Source of the DNA: Vicugna vicugna
Taxonomy: Eukaryota
Direction of reading: 5' to 3'
DNA: 64,000 nucleotides
Assembly: GCA_013265495.1 (NCBI GenBank)
Contig: MU061464.1
Span: 620,001 to 684,000, forward strand
The notes beneath the pieces are model-generated. The model did not search any database, was not told the DNA's origin, and saw only the letters and a list, made by a program, of their open reading frames with translations. Positions within the stretch are counted from its first letter, which is position 1. The number at the start of each line of letters is the position of its first letter. Positions 24,091 through 36,530 of the stretch are shown piece by piece. Made by a program: the position numbers and the translations under genes.

Positions 24091-26780
24091 TTTAAAGAGT
24101 ATCAGACAGGTGAGCCTGGGGGAAACGTACCAGGACAGCTCAAGGAATGGTACAGGGACTCCTGCCTCAGAAGACCTGGAATCACTGTGTCGTGAAAATG
24201 GGTCGATCTGATCACCTGGCAGTCGGCAAGGGGCGCTTCTGCAAACAGCGAACATCTCTGTGGTACGGGATGCAATTCCAGAAAACTCCTCCCTTGTTTT
24301 TTGAGTTTTTGGAGTCGTTTGTGAAGTTTTTCACTTATTACATAGTGCATATTTAGTTAACAGTAATGCAGTAACAATAATGTAATTAATAATTAATAAC
24401 AATACACATAATTAAAAGTAATTCACATTCCTTCGTAACAAAGTCAGTTAACTAAGAACCACCATTATTGGTGCTTAGGTCAGAAGTGGGGCCTGAGCTT
24501 AACTCGCAGCAGCCGGACACGCATATTTCCCCTAACGGATCAAGTGTGTGTCTCTGAGGAAGAAAGATCACTTAAATTATTATTCTGTTACAACTATCAA
24601 GTGAAATTTTTAAAAATCCTGGTTTCTGATGAATAGCTTTGATTTCCCTTCAAATGAGTATGAAGAGCAAACCTCAGCTCTGTCGCGGTGGAGGTGCCCT
24701 CAGACGCCTAATGAACTTTCTGAATTTCTGGGACTGAAATGCTGTGGCCTCAGGGTCTCCATCTTAAGGACAATCTGGGGAATCGCGATATTAGTTCCTT
24801 CCTACATCATAGTCTTTCTTTGGGAGAGAAGTCAGAGGAGTAAGAGGCTTGGTGTGGTCTGCGCACAGCCTGACACGCACTCCCACCTTAAATCGCAGGC
24901 CTTGGCACTGCGATCGTTCCCAGGACGTCTGCGGGCAGGCAGTGGCGCCACCAGACTGGCAGGAAACATTTTATCCCCTGTATTCCCACCTCCTCTCTGG
25001 GACTCCTTGGCGTATTCCCTGCCCCGCAGGCAACGGCACCGGCGTCCCTGCCGTGAGCTTGCCAGTAACATTCACAAGCTGTGTCACTAAGTTGGTCTGA
25101 TCTGTTTCTGGCATGGAAGCAACGACCAGGTTTTTGCTTCTACTGTTTGCCCAGTTCGGCAGTAAAAAACCAGGGAAAAGGGCTAAGAGGAAAATGCGTG
25201 CAAGTCACAGGCTGGGCCCTCTGCAGGCCGCCTCCAGCTCTACAAGGACAGGATTCTAGACCCTTCCAGGCTCCCAGTTCATCTAGGCCCCCTTCTTGGA
25301 CACACCAGCACCAATTCAGGAAAAACCTGCTCCCTGAAATCGAAGCAGCAAAGCCACCGACTTGCCGGAAGTGTTCTGGCTTCCACAGTGCTGGTCACCT
25401 AAGACGCAGACAGGTGTCAGCGCCGCCAGGCAGACCGAGGACACCGAGTACCACTGGGCGGACGGCAAAGTTTGCCAAAGAAAACTAGACTCAACCAAAC
25501 ATCCACCAAGACTCCTCTCTGAAAACACTCACAGGCTGTTGAGGCCGGGAGGCAAACTGGAAATCAGCCTTCTTCCTCCGGGATCACAGCAGAAGGAGGG
25601 GAGGCTCAGAAACGGTCACCCCTGCCCACGGCCCCGTGGCCGGGCCTGCGGGAGCGAGGGCTAGCACGTGTGGCCTGCTCTGCCAGCTTCCATCCCGGAA
25701 CGGCCCGGGCCACGTGCTGGCAGCTGCAGTGTCGGCGTGACGGTCCCAGCAGGGCTCTCCCAGCATGAGGAAGAAGAGGGGACGCAGCGGACACAGAAGG
25801 AGCGATGGGGCCCGACGGGACTGAACGCCTGAGCAGGCAGGGCCCACGTGGCTTCAGAGCGGGAGGGGGTTCCTGTGTGGAGGAGAGAAGAGGGGAACAG
25901 GGTTTTATGAGAAGGTCCCACCGGCTCTCCTTTTCTGTGAGGGGTAGACCCATCCACAGGGAGTTCAGCAGAAAGATTTTATGTGAACGTAAAGAACTTT
26001 CGGGCACTATTTTGAACAGTGTTAACAATAACGGACAAATATGTTATTCTTAAGGTTTTTGAAATTTAAGTGGCGACGAGCTCTCGGCTGCACGTCCAGC
26101 TAGGCCCACTGGTCGCCTGGCTGAACTGCTCTCCAACTTCAGAAGTTCAGGACTGAACGTTATTCTGATCCGACTGGTGGTAAAGAGGACCGAGTGGCTT
26201 TTCCAGAGAGGAAGGGCTCAGAGCAGAGCCTTAAACACGAAGACAGTCAGGCTCCCCCGCTCTCGGTCCTCTCCGACCGGCCTGCGCCCCCGCCACGTCT
26301 GCGCGGCACGAGAGGCTCGGGGACCGACTCCGCCACGGCGCCCTTGCCAGCACGAGCACAGCGACAGGGTGGCCTCTGGGCTGCCACGTGAGGGGCGAGG
26401 GCTTCGCCAGGTGTTTGCATGTTGCTCGTTTCTGTCGCACTTTAGCCTGGACAAGGCGGTCTCTGTCTCGTGGGCTAAAGCAGCAGCTCAAGTTCACCGC
26501 TACTTGGGAAATGGCTACGCGTTCACTTCTTTAAGGACGTGCTTGGGAAAACGTTTCGCTGGCCTGATGTTTTGTGTCAGTCCAAAGGAAGAAAATGAGT
26601 TACTAAAAGGACCCTTAAAAACTTGTGGAATGGTTAATTTTATACACTTAATTATGGAATCTTTATACACTCCTTGTATTTTATGAAAATGTTAATTCTA
26701 TTTTGTCATTTTATTTGTCACCACGATCGATCCCAAACCTGTCCAAGTCCTCACTGAAGCAGGTGCTGTGGGCGCTTCAG

Positions 26781-26815
26781 TGACGTCATGGCTGGGACTT
26801 TGCTGGAATTTCCCC
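26781..26815. promoter_or_regulatory. Full CRE next to a consensus NF-kappaB site
   Basis: TGACGTCA 26781-26788; GGAATTTCCC 26805-26814 (GGGAAATTCC on minus); kappaB-like GGGACTTTGC 26794-26803. Confidence 0.35.
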
Positions 26816-27449
26816 AAACAGAGGGCCTGCGACAAAAGCTGTTGCAGACGGCCTCTTCGGAGAAGCAGTGCCAGAGACAGGAGTTGGGAGCGTGGGAGGA
26901 AGGCCAGTCCGGGGGGTGTTGTTGGGCTGGCGGGCCCTGTGGGAAGCTGGGCCCCCACCCTCAGGGCCAGCCTAGGAAACCTCGTGCGAGAGCCTGAGAG
27001 CTGCAGGTGAGCCGCGTTCACTGCAGGTCTCCACACGCCGCGGTCAGGAGTTGCCCCCAGCAGCGCTGTCCTCTCCAGCACAGCCCGGGTGGCTGAGCAG
27101 GGCCGGCCGGTGTCCAGGCCCTGGTGGCAGAGCGGCCCAGGGCAGGAAGCAAGAGGGCACGAGCGTCTTGGGCAAGGTGCGGTCAGGCTCCGCCCGGCTG
27201 TGGCGACGTCCAGGACGAGGGGTGGCGGCAGCATCTACCACGCATCACAATTCAATAGGAAATGCAGAATTTTTCATCCTGAAGCTTCCTGGCACAATTC
27301 TGTGAACTCTGGGTATAAAACGGGCCCGAGCGTGCTGCTTGGGGGCTGATGAGTGTGTGTTCCCCAGAGCCTGGGAGAAGGGCGGGGAAGCCCTTCACGA
27401 GGCTGGCGTCTGTGGACTCACGCCAAGATTACCCGTGTGTCCATGAGAC

Positions 27450-27600
27450 CAGCATTCTCTAGCCCCTTCTATGTGCCACATGCAAGCTCGACGCTGGGGA
27501 GAGCCTGAATAAGACATGGTCCCTTTCTTCAAAGAGGGCTCAGTCAGCGGTTACAGAGAATTAAACAGATAAAAAACACCCAACGTGAACTCTGAGCCGA
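27450..27600 (-). mobile_element. L2 fragment
   Basis: ttctatgtgccacatgc...gctggggagagcctgaataagacatggtccct is antisense L2-tail-like. Confidence 0.45.
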
Positions 27601-30600
27601 ATCACAGACCTGAAGCGTGAGAAGGGCCAGCCCTTCCAGGGGCACCGGGGCAGGTTCTTAGGGGAGGGGCTGCGGCCAGGATTAATGGCACCTTTCACAG
27701 TGACCGCCCGCTTTTGCTCCCCACATACGTAGTTGTAGCTCGTGGGAGATACACAGGAACACAGGAATTAATGTCCTGATGATTCGTGTTACGATGCACT
27801 AACGTACGTGAGTCAGCCCTGTCTTCAGACAGTTCACAGTTCAGTTTCTGCAGAGCGCTTGGCTTGCATCAGCTGCTTAGTTGCTAAGAACTTCGTAAAG
27901 TCCTCTTTGGAACTGACTTGCTTTCGGACCGTAATTGTTAACTGGCGAGTAGGAGAACTGTCAGGCGAGGAATCAGGGGTGAGAGAAAGGCTGTCCCTCC
28001 GCTGGGTTCACGAGGGGGAGTCCCCGGAGGGACCTCTGATCCCGTCAGGGTTATAAACTCTTCAGACGGAGCTGATGACGGCCCGTGGGCTGCCCAAGTC
28101 CTCGCCGGCTTGGCTGTTTGCAGCACATGTGCAACCGAAGGGGGATGAGATCTGCGCAAGAGTTCTGTGCCCTCCGAGAAAATGACTGTTGAGAGATGAC
28201 CCAGCTCCTTGACGGCGTCACCGGCAGACGGGCCTCCTTGAGAAAAGCACAGACTGACATCCACCAGCTCGTACTTTTTCTCCATTGTTTGCATTTGCTT
28301 CCAAATGGCTTTAGCATTTTTGCACAAACGACCGCTTGCTTTCCTCCCAGATCAGGGCTCTGGGCATTTTTAAAGCAGCAGGCAGTGGCAGGCCTGGCGA
28401 GCGCAGTGAGCCTCTGCGTCTCACAGGATGCACAAAACACTTTTGACTGGGTCCCTTCATGAGTCAGAGCTAAGAAAGCCGAGCGAGTGGACTCGCGATC
28501 CAAACAGAACTCCGTCCTCTCCTGCCCCGTGGCCTCGTTCACAGGGTCGCAGAGAGCGCTGTGAGCTGCGCCCGGGACCCCGCGCTCCGCACGGCCGTCT
28601 TCCCTTCTCTGGGCCTCGTGCGTTCCTGCCTCGGTGCTCCTGGCCTTACTCATCCTCACGTCTGCACCAGCCTCTGAGAGCTCCTGAAAGGATCCTACTT
28701 TGTTCCCGTGAAAGATCCAGATGCAGACGCAGAGAGAACGTGGGTCACCGGGGCTGGAAAGGAGAGACCAGAGCAGGAGCCACAGCAGCCTTTGCAAACG
28801 AGGGACGCCCGTGGGGTTCTTTGCTGCTCTGCCACCAGCACATACTTGGAAGACTCCCCAGACCATTATGTTTAACCTCCCCCGCCCTCCCCCACCATCA
28901 TACACGGAAGGATGGCGGAAAGCTTGCTGCAAAGATACAACAGCGACAGCAGCAACGGGAATCCTTTCTGGAACCCCCTCCGGGGCACCTACCACGCGCC
29001 AGGCTCTGTTCTCAGCAGCGTTCTCATATGAACGCGCTGAACTCTCGCGACAACGCTGCGGGAACATGCTCTCAGTCTTCCCTTCTAGGAGGGGGACTGA
29101 GGACAGCGAGCGAGCAACTGGCCCGAGGTTCTGCACCGACACGAGTTCCTTTCTGAGGCACCACTCTGCTGCTCGGGGTGCCTGTGAACGGTCCAGCTAG
29201 GAGTCTACGTAATGTTAATCCCTCTTATTTCTTCGCCAAATGGAAAACCATGTATTGCAAAATGTTGGGGGGTCACCTCATGCCCCATCTGAGGGAAAGG
29301 AATTATGGCCTTTTATTTTTATCTTATTTCAGTTTTTTAATTTTTTTCTCTTTCTCTCTTTTTTTTAAGGAATTACGGCCCGTAGCCTCTGTGGCCTGAT
29401 AAAATCCTTTTGGAATGTATGAGGCCCCAGGCCATCCTTGGGGAGCCCCAGGTCCAGACAAGTGACACTAAGTACTTTGTCATCCCAACTTGAATGCGTG
29501 GCTGCACAAGCACTGTGAACAGTATCTTTGCGAAAACTGTGAACCGGGAGTTCCCGCCACACACCTTCCGCCGGGGACCCACATGCGCTCATACTCACCA
29601 CACGTGCAGTGTCACCAGGCGCTCAGGCAGGAGGGTCAGACACGGTGTAAAGTCCGGCTGGCACCGGGACCTCAGTCCAACCCGAGGTAACGGGACAGAG
29701 CAGGCCTGCGGTTTCCAGCGTGGCTTTGGCCCAGGGGAAGAGCTGTGGTATCAGCTACACTGGGACCTTATCTTCCCACGTTCCCACTTAGAGAGGGGCT
29801 CCCTCTGAGGAACCCGGGACATGGCTGTCCTCTGGAGGGGCTTCTGGAAGGAGCCCCTGGGCCTTCATCGCTCTTGCTGTGCAGCCCTGGGGGCCAGTGA
29901 GCCAATGTGGGCAGAGACGGAAGATTTCCCACGGCTTAGTCTGACTCTGCCCGAGGGCTTAGGTCGGACTGGCCAAACGACTGGCTTGTTCCTAGTAGCC
30001 AAGAGTTGCGTATACACGGCAGAGCACTGGGTGACCCCCCTAGGAAGCTGGCCCTCTCGGGGTCCTCTGGGGACTCCGCGGGGGCAGTGACTGAGCTCAG
30101 TTGCCTCGCACTGGGCGGCTGGCAGTCAGGGCTGGGTGCTGGTGCCCGTCTGCCAGCCAGCAGCTGGAGGCAGAAGAGGCGCGTCCATGCTCGGGGCCTG
30201 CACGTCTCGGGTGTGCGCCTCATGGACTTGGGAAGAGGCGGCCCACACCGTAAAGCCTCCCTGAAAGCCACTGAGGTGCGTCTCTGAGAAGCATGATGGG
30301 CTGCACTGGAAGCCTAACTTTGACTGATGTGCGGTCTGGGACTCTGCCCTGCGAGAATCCGTGCATCAAGGAGGCCAGAGAAGGCAGATGACCCAGAGCA
30401 GGGCCAAACTGTTTACCAGCAGATGCGTTTTTGAAAATCTTCCTTAACTGGTCATGGCAGCGGAAAATATCCTGCTGTTAAACGCGTCTGCAATCCACTG
30501 CCCTCCCAGCCCACCTACAAAACTTTTGACCTTTAAAGAAATGATGGAGAAGCTGGTGATTTTCTTGTGGCGTTGAAGCTCAGTCTATTCTAGGCTCCAA

Positions 30601-33600
30601 GGCAACTGCAGCCCTCTTCGCTCGCTATTTCACATCACTTTTAAGTCCTGTCCCGGCCACTACAAACCCTTCAGCACTTCCCTCTGTGCAATCACTCGAG
30701 TCAAGATCTGTGATTTGCAGATGACACGCGCATTTCTTGGCTGATGGCTGCTGAAGCAGTTTGCAAACCTAAGGCAGTGAGGGGAGGGGGTGGTGGGCGA
30801 GCGGATTACAGCCGAACAACGTCATGCCCCCTAAATTTCTGTTTTCATGTAGATGTATGAACACGTTCTCATCGTTCTGATGGAAGGAAAGGCAACTGGG
30901 TGCTCCTGTTGGTGTGAACTACTACAGCCATGTTTCTGACGGTCAGACGATTGGCTGGTTCCTATCGTTCGTCTCTCCTACGGGAGTCAGTGCTTCAGAG
31001 ACCCAGGTGGGGGGAGGACATTATTAAAAATGCTCTCTCACCCCCAAAGTGTCCAAACACAGAGCAAAATCAGGTTCCTCTCACTATGGCAGTCTGTTGC
31101 AAGGATGCATCAAAAGACACTCGGCTCCCAGAGCTTGGAGCAACGACGGCTGTATTTTGGACCATCTTTCATTTGAATATCTACAAAATATGTAAATCAC
31201 TGAATCTGCAGGAGAAGTTATTTCAGTGTCACTTACTGAAATATTCACTCACTTAAAAAAGACCAGCTTAGTGACAAATAAGCCTTATTTGATTTTTAAG
31301 CAGACAAGACACATGTATAAATATAATGTGACCTGAAACACACATTAATGAGATTTCCCTCAGAAGGATTACTGAGGTTCTGTGTTCAGACACCGGGAAA
31401 AGCCAAATGGGTGTATCAAGGCCCCATTCCTAATCTTCAAAAGCAAATTTATTGAAGTGTCTCAATTTTGCCACACATCCTCACATCTGCATATGGGCCC
31501 AGGTTCCTAATCCTGTCACACTGCGGGGCTGCAGATTAAGGGAATGTATAAACAGTGCTGCGCGTGAGACGAGACGGCTGAATCAGGCGCAGGCGGGCCT
31601 CGTGACAGAGGCTTCTTATCTTGGGCAGATTTCACACTAAATATTGTTCAAATCCTGAAAAAAATTAGAAAAACCATTGATGGCCTCTGAAATTTCCTCC
31701 CTTCGTCTAATTCAAAGGATGCTCGTTGTAAGTAGAAGCTACAACATAAATGTTTCAGTATCAGACACGAAGCAAAGAAAAGGCGTTAACATACCGAGAA
31801 CTCTCCCCCGTGTGTTAGCTGCCTGCACGGTGAGGAATCAACAAAGTGAGTGCTCACTGGGTTTCGCGCCTCGGCGTTCTACGCTGGAAGTGCGCTACCT
31901 CAGCGGTTTCCTTGTATCTGTCCCCTGCCCCTTTACTACTGGTAGACACTACGTTGGCTCCGAGGGTGTTTGTGAAGGAGTCCCTGGGACCTTTGCAAAT
32001 TCCCAAATCCATGAAGTTCCTGCAAGGAAACGAGAAGAGAAGAAAGTCACGGCACTGGGTTAGATGACACGTTGCAGCCCCAGTGCAGGCGGCTCAGGTC
32101 TGTGTCCCAGCAAAGCAACGAATCACTACACGTCACGGGCTTTCAGGGCGTTTAAGAACGTTCAAAACCACGACTGTTGGATCCACAGCTGCCGAGGGCT
32201 GGTCTGCCGCGTCAGCGTGGGCCTCTGCTGTCTTGCGTGCTTGTTTTTGTTTTTCAGGACAATCAAAATAACTTCCATTTAAATGATCCCCTACAAGCTT
32301 GTGCAGGATGTCACCTTCCCGACGACTCAGTATTTTGCTTTGCCTTTTGAATTCTATTTGCTCGAAGTCAGCATAAGGCGAAGTCGAGCTGTCCTGTAAC
32401 TGCACAGGGAAACTGACGAGGACGCCTTGGAAAGAACGGCCGTCACAACGCAGGCGGGCGAGGCTGGGGCGCGGCCCCTCGCAACTTTCCAAAACAGGAG
32501 AGAGGAGAGTTGCAGAAAACACGATGGTATTTTTGAAAGTGTGTAAGTCAGTCATTCAAATTGTGAAGTGTGTTACTGGGCGAAAAGTCACAAGCGTCTC
32601 ACGCATACAGAGTCTGAGCGGAGCAGGCTGGGATCGCGTGGACTTCCTCTGCTGCTGACAACGTGCTGCCCGGCCAGGGCTTCCTTCAGGAGCTTCTGTA
32701 CTCATGTCAATATTCGTTGAATTTAGAATTGCTGATTTTTAAAATTCTAATTCAATTCTCCCAGTCTGCGATTGGGTTCGATTTTTGGTAACAGATGACT
32801 CAGACATATGTCAAACTAAAAGCCTATCTTTCGGTGTCTTTGGAGATCAGTCTCTTGGCGACCACCTCTGTCGCAGCCTTGTCTCTGTTTCCTCCTCTGT
32901 GTGCTTCCCTCCCCGTCTCCCCCACCCGTCACCCTTTCCTTCTCGTGGTGCTGAATTCCTGGGAGAGGCCCGAGAGCAGTCCTCAGTGTCTCAGGGCTGC
33001 GAACACCAACCGGTGCGATGCTTCAGGACCACAGCAGTGATTCACGGCCCCTCAACAGAGTCCGTATGTCAGTTGCTACATCAGTGCTCAATATCTTTTA
33101 CCCCAAAGCTCAACAACAGACCCAAAGTAGAAGGCAAAAAGGGGACATATATTCTGCTCATAAGGCCCGCGGTCGGGGGAGGCTGGCGTCTGCCGGCCCC
33201 GGCCGCTTCATCTGCTTCCATAACTAAGACAGGGCTGCTCTGCCCTCTGTGCTTGGTTGGATAGTGGGCTGAGATGACCTGGGATGGCTGGACTGGGGAT
33301 AGAATGGTTTAAAGCAGCAGAGACGCCCCCCGGGACAAGAGACCCCAGTATCAGCCCTGAACACAGATTTGATCCTGGAGAGATTCTCTTGGGTAGAAGC
33401 TACACCAGCACAGCGACTTACTTGCTGTCCATAAGCGTTAACGTACGCTGCGCCCAGCGGTGTCCAAGTGCTCAGCCCGGCAGCCTGGGCTCTCGGGGGC
33501 TGGAGGGGTCACCTCTTCGTGTGCTCTCATGTGTGTGGCATTTGTGTAAAAGTCAGAGTTCAAGCTGGGCACCCTTATGTGAATGAGTTCGTGTGTCTCG

Positions 33601-33632
33601 TTCCTAAATCCCACATCATCATCTCCTCCCAG

Positions 33633-33736
33633 TCCCCCTCCTCCCCCTCCCTCCTCCCCCTCCCCCTTTTCCCTTCCCCCTTCCCCTTTCCTCTTCCTCT
33701 TCCTCTTCTTCCTCCTCCTCCATCTCCTTCTTCCCC
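33633..33736. repeat. Polypyrimidine (CT-rich) tract
   Basis: 89 consecutive pyrimidines at 33633-33721, continuing after a single A. Confidence 0.95.
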
Positions 33737-34755
33737 AAGAGGATAAACAGAAGCTCAGAGAAGTAAAAAGGCTATGAGTGTAAAGGACTTGAAAGGTTGC
33801 AAATCCCAGGTGCCCCGGTTCCCTAGGCCAGCGAAATAGGCACCGTCGTGCAGACAGAACATCTCGGCTTCTAGGAAAGTAACCCCAGAAGGAGAACGTG
33901 TGGTTGTGTAAATCCTCTGTGTGAGTCCACATCACAGCCATAGTTTGAAAGAGTGCATTTCACAGAAAAATTTCATCAAATTTACAAGAAGGATTTTCAT
34001 AGACGAAGAGGACTAAGTAAATTAGAACCCACTTGTATCTTTGGTTGTCTTTCAAAGTTCCTTTGAGCATCAAGCTTGTGAGGATGGACTTACTTGCATG
34101 ACTAGCGTAAGTAACTTATCTGGTTTTAAGGTCTCCATCACAGAAACTTAGAGCAGGTAGTGGTTCTGGTTTCAAATTCCATTTTCCCTGGAAATAACGA
34201 CTCACACGAGTTTACACAAGTTAAACAAATGTAACCAAATACACTTGCACTTCCTGAAACTGCGAACAATCTGGTGAGACTGAGGAAGCAATTAAAATCT
34301 TAATTGGCATCAAATGATAGAAATTAGTTTCATGGTAAATATTCTTTGTCTCTGTCATCAAATCTATTATTTGCATTAGAGACATGACATTCACCTTGTA
34401 GAAGGAGCCAACCTCAGTTGCTTTGCTAAAGCATTTTAACTGAGGATTAGAAACCAATCTTTTGCAGAGACTGCAGGGGGGATTTCTGCTGTTTTGTTCA
34501 GGTAACGCCAAAGCAAACACCCAGCGTTGCCTGTGTTTGGTGTTCAAGTTCCCTGAATGAAAACTAGTCTCAGCTGTTCAAGCACCGTCTGAGTGAGGTT
34601 TAAAAGCAAAAAAAGGCAGGTTCGGTGAAAAGCTTGGTGGAGGCGGTGTCTGGTTGTCAGCGGCTGTGGCAGCACCTCAGTCTCAGGCACTTGAAACCAC
34701 CGCTGAAGTGTTGTCTCTCGTGGCTCTGGGAGCTGGTTAAGGCTCAGCTGGCTGG

Positions 34756-34895
34756 TTTTCTTTTCTTTTCTTTTTTCATTTTTTGGGGGTAATTAGGTTT
34801 ATCTATTTACTTATTTTAAGTGGAGGCGCGGGGGGTTGAAGCCAGGACCGCGTGCGTGCTAAGCAGGCGCTCTCCCCCGGCACTGCGCCCGCCGC
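34756..34895 (-). mobile_element. tRNA-derived camelid-type SINE, GC-shifted copy
   Basis: ttttgggggtaattaggtttatctattt...ggaggcgcggggggttgaagccaggaccgcgtgcgtgctaagc has the same layout as the 36194 copy. Confidence 0.8.
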
Positions 34896-36193
34896 AGGGG
34901 GGGTGCTCACAGGGCTGCGCTGGGGCTGCTGTCATCTGAGGAGGCGGCTGAGTCGACATCTACATCCTCCCACACGTCATTTGGGATGGACACAGCAGCT
35001 GGGCTGGCCGGGCAGCTGTCTCCACACGGGAACATGGGTTCCTCACGGGGCGTGGAGGCTTCGGGCAGTCAGGTTCTTACAAAGAAGCTGGTTTCTCCCA
35101 GAGCGGACACTCTGAGCCAGCGGGGCAGAGGCTGTAAGGCCCCCAGTCCCCAGCCTAGGAGCCCCCTGCCGCTGCGTCCTCCCCGTCAAAGCAGCGGCAT
35201 GCTTGCTCAGAGTCAGCGGGCGGGAGGAACGAGCCTCAGCTGGAGATGGAGGCATGGGACGCACCCACAGAGGGAGGAATCGCTGGCGGGCTTCTTGGGG
35301 ACAGAGCGTCACAGAGGAAGCAGCAGCATTCACGCTTGAGGCGTGTCTGCCAATCGCTTCGAGGCTGTTCCCTGTTTCCCCGTGTAGAACGCACGGCTAT
35401 TAGAAACAGACGCACCGTCAGGGCCGAGCGCTGAGGGAAGCGTCTGTAATCTGCAAGTGCCACCGAGGGTGTGGCTTCTCCACCCCTTCCTGCACGGGGC
35501 GGGGGGAAGGCAAGGAAGGAAGGTCTGTAGCCTTCACCGCAGACCCCCTCAGCCCTCCCCGTGGGAAGGGCGGACACTGAGCTGGAGAGTGTGTGCAGAA
35601 GAAACAGCCGAGCTGGGGAGACAGCCTCAGCCGGCTCTTCTCCACATTCCCCGCTTTAGAGGGGCCTGCAGCGCTGCCGGCCAAGGGCTGCAGGGCACGC
35701 CCGCCTGACTCAGGGCTGGGGAGTCGGGGGCCCGTTGGGCCCCAGCGTCTCCGACACACTCTCCAGCCCAGGGACCGGCTGACCCTGGTGTCTGATTTCT
35801 CCCCTGGTTCACATCTTGGGGGTTATTTGTGGTCCCAAGTTCCAACACTAAGACTTGCAAACACTCATTCCTTCTCAAACCCAGTTCCGAGGGTCAAGTT
35901 CCAGTTGAAGAGCTCGCCTCCCCTTCCTGCCGCCGTCTGTCGGGCGTCCGCGTCTGGCTCTGCCCCGCGATCGACGCTTGCTCAGCTGGCTTGGGCCGCA
36001 GCTCTGCGGAGCTGATGTTGTTTCCCCACTTCTCAGGTCGGGATGTGAGGCCCTGGGTCGCGCGGTGGCCGTGTTGGCGACACCAGGTGCCAACCTTCAA
36101 ATTCCGTGCGGCTGCTGCAACGCTGCTCTGCGGTGCAGACCAGCCCCCTGTGTGCCTTCATTCGTGTGTGTGTGTGTGTAATGTCAGTCCAGC

Positions 36194-36304
36194 TTTTATT
36201 TTTTGGGGGGTATTAGGTTATGTATTTATTTCATGGAGGCCCTGGGGATTGAACCCAGGGGCTCATGCTGCTAGGCAGACACTCTGCCACTGAGCCACCC
36301 CCCC
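36194..36304 (-). mobile_element. tRNA-derived camelid-type SINE
   Basis: Minus strand shows Pol III A box tggctcagtgg (36287-36297) and B box ggttcaatcc (36246-36255), with the tail seen as ttttttggggggtattagg on plus. Confidence 0.85.
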
Positions 36305-36439
36305 ACCTTCCCCCCACCCCCGTGTATATTTTTTGATAGATGATGTTTTCTTGTGACTTCTTTGTTTCTGAAATTTTTTATATCGAATGATGGTAATGGT
36401 AACCATTGTTAACACAAACCGTTTCCGTGGTGTCGGGCG

Positions 36440-36530
36440 CTGCTCTCCAGCTTCCCAAGGATGAACTCATTTGATCGTCACAATAATCCTGTGACTGAGG
36501 TACTTCCTGATTTGTTTTTAAGAGTCAGGG
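36440..36530 (-). mobile_element. MIR fragment
   Basis: aactcatttgatcgtcacaataatcctgtgactgaggtac. Confidence 0.5.

Noticed and set aside
36194-36304. tRNA-like A/B boxes
   Set aside because: SINE head with a SINE tail; no tRNA cloverleaf evident.
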